Source: Tubiluchus corallicola (Eukaryota > Animalia > Priapulida). Taken from it: a stretch of DNA of 26,533 nt. Made by a program: the position numbers and the translations under genes. Each line of letters starts with the position of its first letter. Within the stretch, counting starts at the first letter, position 1. The notes beneath the pieces are model-generated. The model was not told the DNA's origin, did not search any database, and was given only the letters and a program-made list of their open reading frames with translations. This document shows positions 13,002-23,984 of the stretch, piece by piece. The stretch is taken from the NCBI GenBank assembly GCA_030141605.1, contig JAQGDQ010001123.1:1-26533 (forward strand), written 5' to 3'.

Positions 13002-13257
13002 GAAAGATCTTTTAGCGATATCACTATCTTTGTTTACCATAGGTTGACCTACGTCTAAAGACAGTCTAAATCATTTTTTCCAAAATTTGCTTCCTATTAT
13101 GTATCTTACTGTTTGTTATTCATTGAATTATTGATAACTTTTTGTTTCTTTTAATGTATTAATTGTGTATTTGTGTTGATGTGAAATAAATAAACAAAAA
13201 CATAAACATCAACAAATAACTCTAATTTGAACTCTCAGCCTACAAAATGTATTCTTA

Positions 13258-13450
13258 CTGTTGTTGTGTTATCATTGTGCTTTTTTATCATTGTTATCAT
13301 TGTGCTTTTTGCTATCATTGTTATCATTGTGTTTTTTGCTATCATTGTGCTTATCATTGTTATCATTGTGCTTTGTGTTATCATTGTTAGCATTGTCCTT
13401 TTTGTTATCATTGTACTTTTTGTTATCATTGTTATTATTGTGCTTTTTTG
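13258..13450. repeat. Low-complexity minisatellite built on TTATCATTG
   Basis: Repeated ttatcattg(tgcttttt) units; explains the three ORFs here. Confidence 0.85.
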
Positions 13451-13609
13451 AAATTATCCCCCTACTTCGTACTACAATGCTACTTGATCAATGTTTTTGT
13501 TTAGGTTGTATGCTCAATAAACAGTATAATTGTACAAAGGTACAACGCGAAGGTATGGGAATGTAAAACGACACATTACATTTTAATGAGAAACGCAATA
13601 AAATAAACT

Positions 13610-13615
13610 TTTATT
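13610..13615 (-). other. Candidate poly(A) signal AATAAA of the EXTL2-like gene
   Basis: TTTATT on + about 100 nt downstream of the stop codon. Confidence 0.35.
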
Positions 13616-13711
13616 TGTCCACCAGGGGGAATAAGTTCCTTTGCCGAGTTCTTCTAGTTTAATCGTTGGAATTTCAACTGAAACATATGACTATACGAGC
13701 TAGATTTGAAA

Positions 13712-14148
13712 TCATACGGCTTTCCAGTCAGAATTTGATGAGCGTTCTTTTTCTTCCTCTTGCTTCTCAGCTTCTTTTTCTTTTTCTTCTTCTACTTCCT
13801 CCTCATCTTCATTTTCTTCGTAACGAGCCACGACACCACCTGTGATGAACACGTTGCTGTATCGTAAAGGCATGTAACCATATATGTCTACTAGCTCATT
13901 CAAGCATCGTGTCCTGTTATCACGATGCTGCTTTTCATAATGGAGGCCCTTATAATGTTTCCCACTTCTGTCCAATTTCACGCATTTTCTGGGCACAACA
14001 CAGAGTCCTGATACGTCCTGAAGTACGTGGGACACTGCAAAGTTGACTGCAATGTCGTCACAGTTATTGTAGTGGTCAATCATGCGATACGCTTCCGCCG
14101 GAAGTTGATTAAAAACGTGAAAATACTTCTTGTGTACCAACATCGGAC
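13712..14148 (-). CDS. EXTL2: EXTL2-like alpha-1,4-N-acetylhexosaminyltransferase (GT64), last coding exon (5)
   Basis: Acceptor tcttccag|, phase 1. Encodes GPMLVHKKYF..IDHYNNCDDIAVNFAVS..HRDNRTRCLNELVDIYGYMPLRYS, matching the EXTL2 NCDDIAMNF and H...RSYC.N.L..IY..MPLRYS motifs. TGA stop. Confidence 0.93.
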
Positions 14149-14261
14149 CTGGAAGACGTCAATTTATCTAATTTATACAAAGATATTTTTTATTTGTTAT
14201 ATTAGTTCCTGAAGAGAACAGGAAAAAACTGATATGTACACCAGACTTATACTTACATCAA

Positions 14262-14293
<32 letters not shown>

Positions 14294-14370
14294 GTATGTG
14301 TATGTGTGTGTATAATTTTATTGACTTCCAAAATGCAATACAGTTTTCCAAAAATACAATATATATATAT

Positions 14371-14484
14371 TACATTCGCTTTAGTCACGCCAAGTTTACG
14401 AAATGCCAAAGTGAAATTTAATGCTTATTTTTGAATATCAAAAAATCACGCATTAATCAATATCAATCAATCATTTATGAATAT
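14371..14484. repeat. Interspersed repeat, also at 15197-15430 where it carries extra internal subrepeats of about 20 bp
   Basis: Shared tacattcgcttta..aatgccaaagtgaaatttaa.gcttatttttgaatat..aaaaatcacgcatt..aatatcaatcaatcatttatgaatat. Confidence 0.8.
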
Positions 14485-14991
14485 ATATATATATTTGGAA
14501 AAACTAATAATGTAATGTATTATTAATGTAAACATAATAAGTCACGTATTTAGAAATACAATACTTCTAAGAATTACAAAGTGTTTACAGAAATTTCAGT
14601 GCTTAAAGTGCATTTCTTTACATAAGAGGTCTCATGGCGAACAGAACGAGAAACAGCTAGGAGGTCTGGGAGAGGGTTGTAAGCTGCCCCGGTGGGGTCC
14701 CGTGCTTGTATTTTCCTTGATTTTAGGTTTTTGAGACCTTTAACGGCACTAAGCTCGCCATTACTGACATGCAGTAGGAAGGTTGCCCAAAGGTCATTGG
14801 TAATGCAGATTAAAGGATGTTGCAACATACCCCTTTACAACCAGCCCCGGTTTCTCCTGCTGAAAACGGGGTTACATGAAATCATACAATAAACATAAAT
14901 ATTATTATTATTATTTATATTCTTCTAAACTTTGGTGAAGAAACAAACATTTCTGATGATCTACAGACTCCTAATTATATTATAATCGCAC

Positions 14992-15103
14992 CTGGTAACA
15001 TAATGGAGTATTTTCCCTTCACATTAGTAGTTCTGTATTCAAAAGATCCATTCTCACTTCGACTATGAGCACGGCAGGCAAATCCGAAGAGGCGATCAGG
15101 CAC
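14992..15103 (-). CDS. EXTL2: EXTL2-like coding exon 4
   Basis: Acceptor tttatag| (phase 0). Encodes VPDRLFGFACRAHSRSENGSFEYRTTNVKGKYSIMLP(G), compare FPD.IVGF..R.H and YSMVL.G. Donor G|GTGCGA, phase 1. Not in the ORF track. Confidence 0.88.
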
Positions 15104-15624
15104 CTATAAATCAACTAAACGATTTAATAATGCTTAACTTTTGCCAGTTACTGAAATAAATTTGACGTTAAGAGACATAAGAAATATTATGCATTATACA
15201 TTCGCTTTAATCAAGCTTATGGAATGCCAAAGTGAAATTTAACGCTTATTTTTGAATATTAATAAATCAATTATGAATATTTATAAATCAATTTTGAATA
15301 TTCTTAAACGCTTTTTATATTTATAAATCAACCTTAAATATTCATAATTCATTTGTTAATGCTTACTAAATCATTTTCGAATACCAAAAAATCACGCATT
15401 TATTAATATCAATCAATCATTTATGAATATTCATGATTAATTATTTTATTAATTCAAAATTGGGTAATTAATATTAAAATTAATCGTTAAACTCCACTTT
15501 GGCGCTCTAAACAAGTCCTTTATTTGTTTCTGAAAAAAGGTGATTATGATGATATTAAATGAATGAAATTTCTAACAGCACAAACATTTGATTCCGCGTT
15601 GCACGTGTTTGCGAAAGTGGAAGG

Positions 15625-15900
15625 GAAACGCCTTTGACACAGCTAATAAAAACACTTTTATTAATCAATTATCAGAAGTTATAAAAGAAGACGAGTTGCA
15701 TCTTATCAATTCTTCGAAAATCTTACAACCCAAGACCGATATGAAGCGTAGATGAGCACGCTATTGTAACATTGGTGTACCTCAAGGGGATTGTCTGAGC
15801 CCCGTCCTTTTCAGTTTTTATATTACAGAAGCTATGACACAGGATAATAATAAACATCGTGTAGAAATGAAGGACATTCCTTTAGAATGTAAGAGCACAT
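15625..15900 (+). mobile_element. Decayed LINE reverse transcriptase fragment in an EXTL2 intron, followed by (GAT)n at 15902-15940
   Basis: AFDT..., DELHLI and NIGVPQGDCLSPVLFSFYI, the last matching the RT G.PQG..LSP.LF motif. Confidence 0.8.
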
Positions 15901-15902
15901 AA

Positions 15903-15941
<39 letters not shown>

Positions 15942-16237
15942 AATGAAGAAAGGCAGAATGAAACAGTTAGAACTGACGTTGAATTTGAACAACTGAGTGA
16001 AATTTTGCACTCGCCAAAGTATTATGAGGAAGCCGAATGTTAACTACACCCTAGTAAGTATTGTTATGTTATTGTATGCTTATAATCAAGTTAAATTTGT
16101 ATTAAAATTTCGTTATGTATACTCCACTTTTCCAGGCAGAATAGTTTGCATACAGTTACCAATACCTAGTACTAACTTTAATGTTTTATCAGTGGGTTTT
16201 AACAACCTGTCACAGAGTTCAAGTTCTACAAACCTAC

Positions 16238-16311
16238 CAGCCTCCATACTTCATAAGCTCTGAGTAGATCCCATTCATTTATTAAAATGTCATCATCTGT
16301 TACAAGGACAG
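16238..16311 (-). CDS. EXTL2: EXTL2-like coding exon 3 (DXD motif)
   Basis: Acceptor attttctag| (phase 1). Encodes (P)VLVTDDDILINEWDLLRAYEVWRL, compare AVLMVDDD...DL.FAF.VW. Donor |GTAGGT, phase 0. Not in the ORF track. Confidence 0.9.
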
Positions 16312-16472
16312 CTAGAAAATAGACAGCATATGTAACTGATTTTTATACGTTTGTTTGTCTGCTTGTCTGACTGTCTGTTTTTCTGTCTGTTACCCCTGCC
16401 TGCCCGTTTGTCTGTCTGTTTTTTTAGTAAGCCAGTCAGTCAGTCATTCAGTTAGTCAGTCAGTCAATCAGT

Positions 16473-16710
16473 ACAGATTACAAGTCAGGCTGAATAAGAG
16501 TGAAAATTTTATGTGCAAGAGCATTTTAAACAGTGAGGTAAACTTTTTTCTGTAATTAGACGTCATTTGCGTAGTTTGTTTAATCGTTAATTGTTATTTG
16601 TGTTATTGTTGTGTGTCATGATTTATAGTATTATTTGAATTAATTTTTGATGTGTTTATGAACTTTGTAAAGTTTGAAATAAAATATTAAATCAGAAATT
16701 AAATCAAAAA
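16473..16710 (+). mobile_element. Short 3' fragment of the same LINE family as 4450-4932, within a (CAGT)n tract
   Basis: Aligns to about 4700-4930. Flanked by tcaatcagt at 16464-16472 and 16711-16719 (candidate TSD). Confidence 0.8.
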
Positions 16711-16845
16711 TCAATCAGTCAGTCAGTCACTCACTCAGTCAGTCAGACAGATGGACAGACAGACTGAATGGGTGACTGCGAAGTCACACAAATAAGTGTA
16801 TATTTACTGTGCATTGCCACAAAGCATTGTACACCTACTTTACAC

Positions 16846-16931
16846 TCTTACAAATAATTGCATACCTAATGTGCAGTCTTACAAATAATTGCATAACAAA
16901 TGCGCAGTCTTACAAATAATTGCATACCTAA
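16846..16931. repeat. Three-copy tandem repeat, period about 31 bp
   Basis: tcttacaaataattgcata occurs three times. Confidence 0.85.
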
Positions 16932-16963
16932 AGCATAGTTTTGTAAAATATTTATGTACCCAC

Positions 16964-17089
16964 GTTCTGTCATTAATTTTGGCGGAATTTTCCATCTATT
17001 GGCAAGCGTGTTTGTCAGCGGCGTCATTACTATTAACTCTTTCCCCCCTTCTTTCATTATCTCGCGCGGAAAATCTGGCACTGGTTGGC
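16964..17089 (-). CDS. EXTL2: EXTL2-like coding exon 2
   Basis: Acceptor tgtttatag| (phase 1). Encodes (G)QPVPDFPREIMKEGGKELIVMTPLTNTLANRWKIPPKLMTE with the GT64 N.L.NR motif. Donor C|GTGGGT, phase 1. Confidence 0.87.
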
Positions 17090-17170
17090 CTATAAACACA
17101 ATTAGACAACACATATTTGATGAGAGTGATATGGAACTCGAATCTTGTTGTAAAAGCTGAATGATCCAAA

Positions 17171-18397
17171 CATAAAGTACAGCAAGGTACAGCATAAAGT
17201 AGCCTGTGACAGCAAGGTACAGCATAAAGTAGCCTGTGACAGCAAGGTACAGCATAAAGTAGGTAGTGGCAGCAAGGTACAGCATAAAGTAGCCTGTGAC
17301 AGCAAGGTACAGCATAAAGTAGCCTGTGACAGCAAGGTACAGCATAAAGTAGCCTGTGACAGCAAGGTACAGCATAAAGTAGTCTGTGACAGCAAGGTTC
17401 AGCATAAAGTAGCTAGTGACAGCAAGGTACAGCATAAAGTAGCCTGTGACAGCAAGGTACAGCATAAAGTAGCCTGTGACAGCAAGGTACAGCATAAAGT
17501 AGCTAGTGACAGCAAGGTACAGCATAAAGTAGCCTGTGACAGCAAGGTACAGCATAAAGTAGCTAGTGACAGCAAGGTACAGCATAAAGTAGCCTGTGAC
17601 ACCAAGATACAGCATAAAGTAGCCTGTGACAGCAAGGTACAGCACAAAGTAGCCTGTGACAACAAGGTACAGCACAAAGTAGGTAGTGGCAGCAAGGTAC
17701 AACACAAAGTAGCCTGTGACAACAAGGTACAGCATAAAGTAGCATGTGACAGCAAGGTACAGCATAAAGGAGCTAGTGACAGCAAGGTACAGCATAAATA
17801 GTAGCCTGTGACAGCAAGGTACAGCATAAAGTAGCTTGTGACAGCATGGTACAGCATAAAGTAGCCTGTGACAGCAAGGTACCGCATAAAGTATTCTGTG
17901 ACAGTAAGATACAGCATAAAGTACCCTGTGACAGCAAGGTACAGCATAAAGTACCCGGTGACAACAAGGTACAGCATAAAGTAGCCTGTGACAGCAAGGT
18001 ACAGCATAAAGTAGCCTGTGACAGCAATGTACAGCATAAAGTAGCCTGTGACAGCAAGGTACAGCATAAAGTAGTCTGTGACAGCAATGTACAGCATGAA
18101 GTAGTCTGTGACAGCAAGGTACAGCATAAAGTAACCTGTGACAGCAAGGTACAGCATGAAGTAGTCTGTGACAGCAAGGTACAGCATAAAGTACCCTGTG
18201 ACAGCAAGGTACAGCATAAAGTACCCTGTGACAACAAGGTACAGCATAAAGTAGCTAGTAACAGCCAGGCACAGCATAAAGTACCCTGTGACAGCAATGT
18301 ACAGCATAAAGTAGTCTATGACAGCAAGGTACAGCATAAAGTAGCCTGTGACAGCAAGGTACAGCATAAAGTAGCTTGTGACAGCAAGGCACAGCAA
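17171..18397. repeat. 30-bp minisatellite, about 40 copies (AGCAAGGTACAGCATAAAGTAGCCTGTGAC), filling EXTL2 intron 17090-18434
   Basis: Head-to-tail units without spacers; one 2-bp insertion near 17799 shifts the register. Confidence 0.97.
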
Positions 18398-18434
18398 TAG
18401 ACAAAGCATAAATGTTCCAATGAATGATACATAC

Positions 18435-18756
18435 CAATATTATGCCAGACTAAAATGACTCTTGCAAGTGAATCCATTGTAGAATAGTTGATTAAAACTT
18501 TCCTCAATAAATCATTGCGCTTATACGTTAGCATGACCACAGTAAAACCAGGAAACACTCCGACATTACCACTACTATTAGCATCGTCATCGCCGCTGTT
18601 ATCATTGTCGTTCTGCTTTTCGTCATCTACACCCGTGCCCACGAAATCTTCTCTTCCGTCGTCTAGGCAACGCTCCTGTTGGAGACTGAGAAGGAAGAGG
18701 ACGCTGATGAAAGAAGTGAGATAAAATGCGTAAATGGGCGCTTTCCACCATATCAT
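18435..18756 (-). CDS. EXTL2: EXTL2-like coding exon 1; model complement(join(13712..14148,14992..15103,16238..16311,16964..17089,18435..18756)), 1071 nt, 356 aa
   Basis: MIWWK, then a signal anchor IYAFYLTSFISVLFLLSL, an acidic stem and FTVVMLTYKRNDLL..LARVILVWHNIG (GT64 start). Donor G|GTATGT. Acceptor tttctttgcag ends at 18790, so the true start could lie in an upstream exon. Confidence 0.9.
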
Positions 18757-18983
18757 TTCAAGTTTTGAAAATGCTTTGAAAAGTTTAAGCTGCAAAGAAA
18801 AACAGTGCACAGTTAACCAACCAGAAATACAATCAGAGAAGAAATGGGAATGTAGAAACGGTAGAGAAAGAGAAAGTGAAAGATCGAAACAAAGAAGAGG
18901 ACGGTGAAAGAGAGAGGCGAGAGAAAAAAATAGGGAAAAAGGATACCAAGGGGTAAGAAAAACGAAAGGATCGAGCGAGCAAG

Positions 18984-19076
<93 letters not shown>

Positions 19077-19180
19077 GGGAGAGGGAGTGAGAGAGGAAAG
19101 AGAGAGAGTGAGAGAAAGAGAGGGAAAGAGAGAGCGGCTTAGAGAAGAGGAGAGAGAGAGGCTAAGAGAAAAGAGGGAGG
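18984..19180. repeat. (GA)n microsatellite and purine-rich flank
   Basis: Visible directly. Confidence 0.93.
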
Positions 19181-20059
19181 GGTGCTTATATGATTATTTT
19201 AATCGATAAAAACAGGAAGATTAAAGTGAGTCTAATTATCCAGACAGCTATTTACAGATTTTAAGCTAAAAACAAAATAAACAAAGATTATGATAACTAC
19301 ATACTTCACGTGATTATACCGTCGCCATCATTCTCATTCACTTTTGTTGTTTAACAAATCCACCATTTAGTGTTAATGCGCGCAGTTTTTAAGAATCATT
19401 TTGTTTATGTAAACAAACTGGTATCCGAGCAACTACTGTGCTAAACACTTAAATCGTTAAGTCATAATGCAGACAAACGACGTCTGTCATTTCCTATTAA
19501 TCAGTTAAAATACTGCTGTTTGAAACCTGTGCGTACGTTGAACTTTCGTGTTTCCGTATTGAGAAAAAGACACATAAGCTTCGGGCTATCTCTCTCTATA
19601 AAATTCTTACGAAACTTTACCTGCGTGATCGTTTTAATGACTGTTAACCCTTAAGCAACCTTTGACAGTGTACTTCTGATCACAGTTGTAATTGGATGAT
19701 TAAACTGCTTGTTGCTGTGAAGAAGCACAGTTCTTTGGCGCATAATAGTTGACCCAAAAACAAGACAGTGTTGCTGTCAATACGTATTTATAAGTTTGTT
19801 TCACGAGTAAATTACTACAAACTGTAATTAGACCGATATTTTCGCTAGCTGTCCCATTCAGAGGTGTTATTTTTTGTGAGTTCCGCACCGGCTGTAGACA
19901 GCACAACTAAACGAGAAAGTAGTACGGTAGGTCAATAAAACAAGTTTGATATTTTATACAATAACTTTGTAATAATAATTTGATAATAATCATTACTGTT
20001 GCTCTATAAAACACCGAGGTATTTTACAAGACAACTGGTTTATGGCATGATGTGTTAAA

Positions 20060-20770
20060 TATATAGTATATAGAAATCTTTATTGCAAAAATTATACACT
20101 AGTACAGAGTAAAACAAGTTACATCATACGTAAAATCAGTGTATAAGCCAGTCAGTGACTGACGTGAGCAATTGTGTCAGTTATTGTTAGTTAAAAATCA
20201 TAAGAATAAAAAGATTAAAATACTATTTTACATATTTACAAATTTGTCTACATGATGACATGATGGTGACTTATGAAATTGTGAATTTTAATACTTTTTG
20301 CTACTTTTTTTTCATGTAAGTTTCCGTACGAGTAGTATATTTTTAGAGTATAGACACTTATATTTTGATGAGTTTATGAGTCTAAAGCGTTATGCGTTTT
20401 TATATTCTTCAATTACTGATGAATTTGACTTTATCGTTTTTATATAAAGGTATTTTGTAAGTTAGTAGTTTGTTTTTTAGTTCCGTTTTAAATGTTGTTA
20501 ATCCGTCTTTTGATTTTGTACTTAAGAGTGCTGGATTCCATAAGTTGATATGGAATATATAAGTTGATATAAAGAATGATATTTAATTGTACAAAGTTTA
20601 AATAATATTCAAGTGTATTGAAAATACAAAATTTACTAATTTCAAGCTTTTCATATTCTAATGTATTCGGGTAAAATGGGCTAATGTTTGACAGAATGGC
20701 TTGTTTCTGGTTGCGATCTGTATTTTACACTATATTGTATAAATTTAACTATTGTTTATTTTTTTAATTT
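20060..20770 (-). mobile_element. Highly decayed LINE 3' end (CR1/L2-like)
   Basis: Minus-strand pieces QKQAI and LWNP...LTTFKTELKNKLL resemble the QK.AIR / LWN / SL..FK..LK..LL pattern, followed by a UTR with AATAAA. Confidence 0.45.
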
Positions 20771-21988
20771 GTAACCGAATTCTTTCCTAATCTCGTACGT
20801 GTATTTCTATCTATTACATAATTTCATCAAATAAAAAATAATTATTGTCACTACAGCTGTCTGGTAAATGGAAAAAACCAAAAGCAAATTATGATGATTA
20901 TATATATATATATATATGTGTGTGTATATATGTTATATGTGTTTGTGTGTTTATTTTAAAATGAAAGTTTAAAATAAATAAATTTTAAAATTAATATATA
21001 TATATATATGTGTGTGTGTGTGCTTGCATAGCTTGCATAGCGAAGTCGGCAGTTAAGCTTTTCTAGTTATTCACATATCCTGAATCTCCATTTCATGAGA
21101 ATCATTTTGATACCAAGTTCATTGTTCTATGTTATTTCCCAGCTGAGATGATCCATGTTAAAGTTGAGGTGCAGGCTGCACACTGAAAAACATAATCTTG
21201 ACAAAAGCACTGTTAAAGTTAGCCATTGTTATTTGTTGCGTTTCTACAAAACACTTAGCAACCGTACAAGTTTGAAAATACTGTCGAAGTTTTTCACAAT
21301 TGCTGTACTAGTTTCTAGCACGAAAAATTTGTGCAGGGTTATAAAATTAGTTTTTTAGTATTTTTTGAACATTTTCTTGATAATATGATGTTAGAATATA
21401 AAAGTCCAATATATTTAACGTTTGTTCAGTGACATTTGACCAAATTTTTGCTGCATTCTATTTTGAAGCATCGTAACGTAATCTTAACTATGCCGACTTA
21501 TGGACGATTTTGCTTTGTAGGCATATATAGTAGGCACATATAATATATATACATATATTAATATATTACATATATTACGTATATTACATATACATATATT
21601 AATAATACAACGTTAAAAATATGTATAGCTAATACGATGTTACTAAGATTGTCAAAAATTACAACCAGAAAAATACCGTTGCCTCTATTAAAATTACTAC
21701 GCAATATGCCAAATTAGAACTGATATTTATCATAATAATTATATAATTTCCAACTATGTGAGCACATGTATGCCTAGTCTGTATAAGAATTATATCGTTG
21801 AATTCCAGTAGAGCAAGAAAACGAACTAGTCTTGCAAATGAATTAAACAATTGGATATTACAACATAATAATTTTGTAGTAATTTTTCAATTACTACATT
21901 CTAAATCTTTCAATAGTGAAATTTTCTTTTACAGTATCTACAAAAGCGTATATTAAAGATTTCCTTTTTAGAATGTAGGTGTCGCGAA

Positions 21989-22004
21989 CAGCGCCATCTG
22001 CTAA
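21989..22004. promoter_or_regulatory. CTCF-like motif in the divergent EXTL2/XXYLT1 intergenic region
   Basis: CAGCGCCATCTG resembles the CTCF core (AGCGCCA.CT.G) in a small GC-rich patch. Motif match only. Confidence 0.25.
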
Positions 22005-22404
22005 TTCTCTTCGTAACTTTATTCCTGCCTTACAAGGCTTGAGTTTAGTAATAAATCTTCAACTGTTTGTTGCACCAACATAATTAAAGGCAAACTCAAA
22101 TAAAAATTTAATGCTAATCTCACATTGTTTATAAATCTCTAAAATGAAAATTGCGTAATAATTTTGCGTACCTTGTTTCCATTTGCATTTAACTAGAAAT
22201 AAAAAAATAGAACAAATAACCCATCGACACCCTTTCTTCTCTTGTTGTCACCATCGTTGTCGTTATCAGCGTCATCGTTATGTTTGTAGGTGAGTTGGAA
22301 ACCACAGTCATCGTTGATTGTGTTAGAGGCTTTTAACGTAGCAACATTTGTGTTATCCTTGTCCTTATCGTCACCACTGATGTCATCGTCAACGTCATCA
22401 TTTG

Positions 22405-22521
22405 TGTCATCACCACCACCACCGCTGCCGCCACTGCCAACACCACCATCACCACCACCACCACTGCTGCCGCCGCCACTGCCAACACCACCATCACCAT
22501 AACCACCAGGATTAGCACCAG

Positions 22522-22593
<72 letters not shown>

Positions 22594-22607
22594 CAACATC
22601 ATCACCA
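22405..22607. repeat. (CAC)n/(CAT)n compound microsatellite
   Basis: Visible directly; produces the poly-P and poly-M ORFs. Confidence 0.9.
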
Positions 22608-22901
22608 CGTTTTCAGGTTCGACTATGATTATTTATAGTGACCCATGCCGGGGTAAGTACTGTCATTGTATTTCAGAAAAATTAACCCAAAAGCCCCTAA
22701 CTGTTAAAAAGTTTATTTACAAGATGCAATTTCTGACATTTTAACAGGTTGAAAGACATACAGGCTTTGATGATCGTACTTTTTCTGACTTCATGTTATC
22801 AATGTCGACACGGATGCAAGGTGACAGGGATTCATGAAATCTACTTCCGAAATGCAGAGACATAAGAATGAAGCCTATTAATCATCAAAAACATTTTAGC
22901 T

Positions 22902-22983
22902 ATGATTCTCGCGCATGGTATGAAACATGTCATACAGTTAACCACAAGACTTTGCTACCAGTTTCGACGACGTTTCAAAATCG
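22902..22983 (+). CDS. XXYLT1: XXYLT1-like gene, putative first coding exon (MILAHGMKHVIQLTTRLCYQFRRRFKI)
   Basis: Lies in exon 22748-22983 (acceptor ttttaacag, donor G|GTAAGG). Phase 1 matches the acceptor at 23984 and supplies a basic cytoplasmic tail. Alternative: the unspliced ATG at 23909. Confidence 0.5.
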
Positions 22984-23384
22984 GTAAGGTTTCATTTAAA
23001 ATTCTCGGCAAAATTACACCAATTTTTTTATTAAAGTAGCACTTGAGTTTACGGCAAGTCACGTTGCACTATTTTAGTTGTAAAAGACAAACAGACAGAC
23101 GTCCCACAAAGGAAGTTATTGACTACGACCTACGCAAAATCTATGTCCACCAGGTGTAGTTGGGTACCAGGTCATATTTTATTCAATCATTTTATTTTAT
23201 AAAACAAACATACGCTCACAGTCCAGAGAAAATTATGAAAACATTTATAAGATAATAATAATTAGTAAACTGGAAGTATTAATCCTAATCCTATCTCAAG
23301 CCCTTTTTAAAATGTTGAAGGAAGTAGAACGATTTTTCATAAACTACCGCATGTTCATATACCGCCCCATATAATACCCGATAA

Positions 23385-23793
23385 AAAGTGTACATTTTAA
23401 CACAATTAATACTGCAAAAGCGTTTCTGATAATTAAATGCTAAATTAAAATCTTAACGGTCGGCGAGCCCAACTATTGATGACATCACAAACTAACATAA
23501 TTTTCAACAGCAAAAATATTATACGGGCGTGTTGCACCAGTTTGCGAAAGCGAAAATTGAACTATAGTGCTACTGTAAGACATTCAGTGTGTTGTACTAA
23601 AACTAGGCAAGTATTAAGATAAAAATTCAAATTTCAAATTTACCGCTGTGCTCACGCATGAGCTGCCGAATGTGCGCAACTTGTCATTAACCAACAACTG
23701 TCTCATTAACCTCTGAATTGCGAGGTACAGCATCTGTTTTTTGTGCAATGCGTTTCGGAAATGAAGGCGCTAATGCCCGTCTAACTAGCGAAT
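23385..23793. repeat. Old interspersed repeat, copy 1 (copy 2 at 25462-25804; fragment at 15543-15625)
   Basis: Collinear blocks tacattttaacac, gtttctgataattaa, aacataattttcaacagca, gcgtgttgcac, aaatttaccg.tgt.ctcacgcatg.gct and tctaacta. Confidence 0.8.
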
Positions 23794-23984
23794 TTTAAAG
23801 AGTAGTTTGTTTTGACCTACAGTTTAAGATTGGTTCCGGTTTTGCTTTAATAACTGCATCGTAATTAATGAATTTAATTAGACCTCTACCATAATTTTCA
23901 AATTAAAAATGCAGGAAATTGTTTACTTAGTAAGCAATAGTAATAATTTTAGTAAAGAAGAAAAATGTTTGCATTTGTGCTCAG

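Noticed and set aside
13227-13566. Small hydrophobic membrane-protein ORFs
   Set aside because: Translations of the TTATCATTG minisatellite.
14625-14880. GC-richer intronic patch with small hairpins as an ncRNA
   Set aside because: It looks like a fragment of an interspersed repeat; no snoRNA or miRNA features could be supported.
17171-18397. CRISPR array
   Set aside because: The 30-bp units are contiguous with no unique spacers, there are no cas genes, and the array lies in a spliceosomal intron.
16866-18409. Long repetitive ORFs (MLYLAVTGYF)n, (CCTLLSQATL)n and (VQHKVACDSK)n as proteins or a retained coding intron
   Set aside because: By-products of a stop-poor 30-mer. The intron is 1345 nt (not a multiple of 3) and exon-1 read-through stops at 18316. 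Only 16964-17089 is real coding sequence.
19305-19340. Upstream coding micro-exon (MRMMAT) for EXTL2
   Set aside because: It needs a weak GTATAA donor; with the better GTATGT donor the frame stops first. At most a 5'UTR exon.
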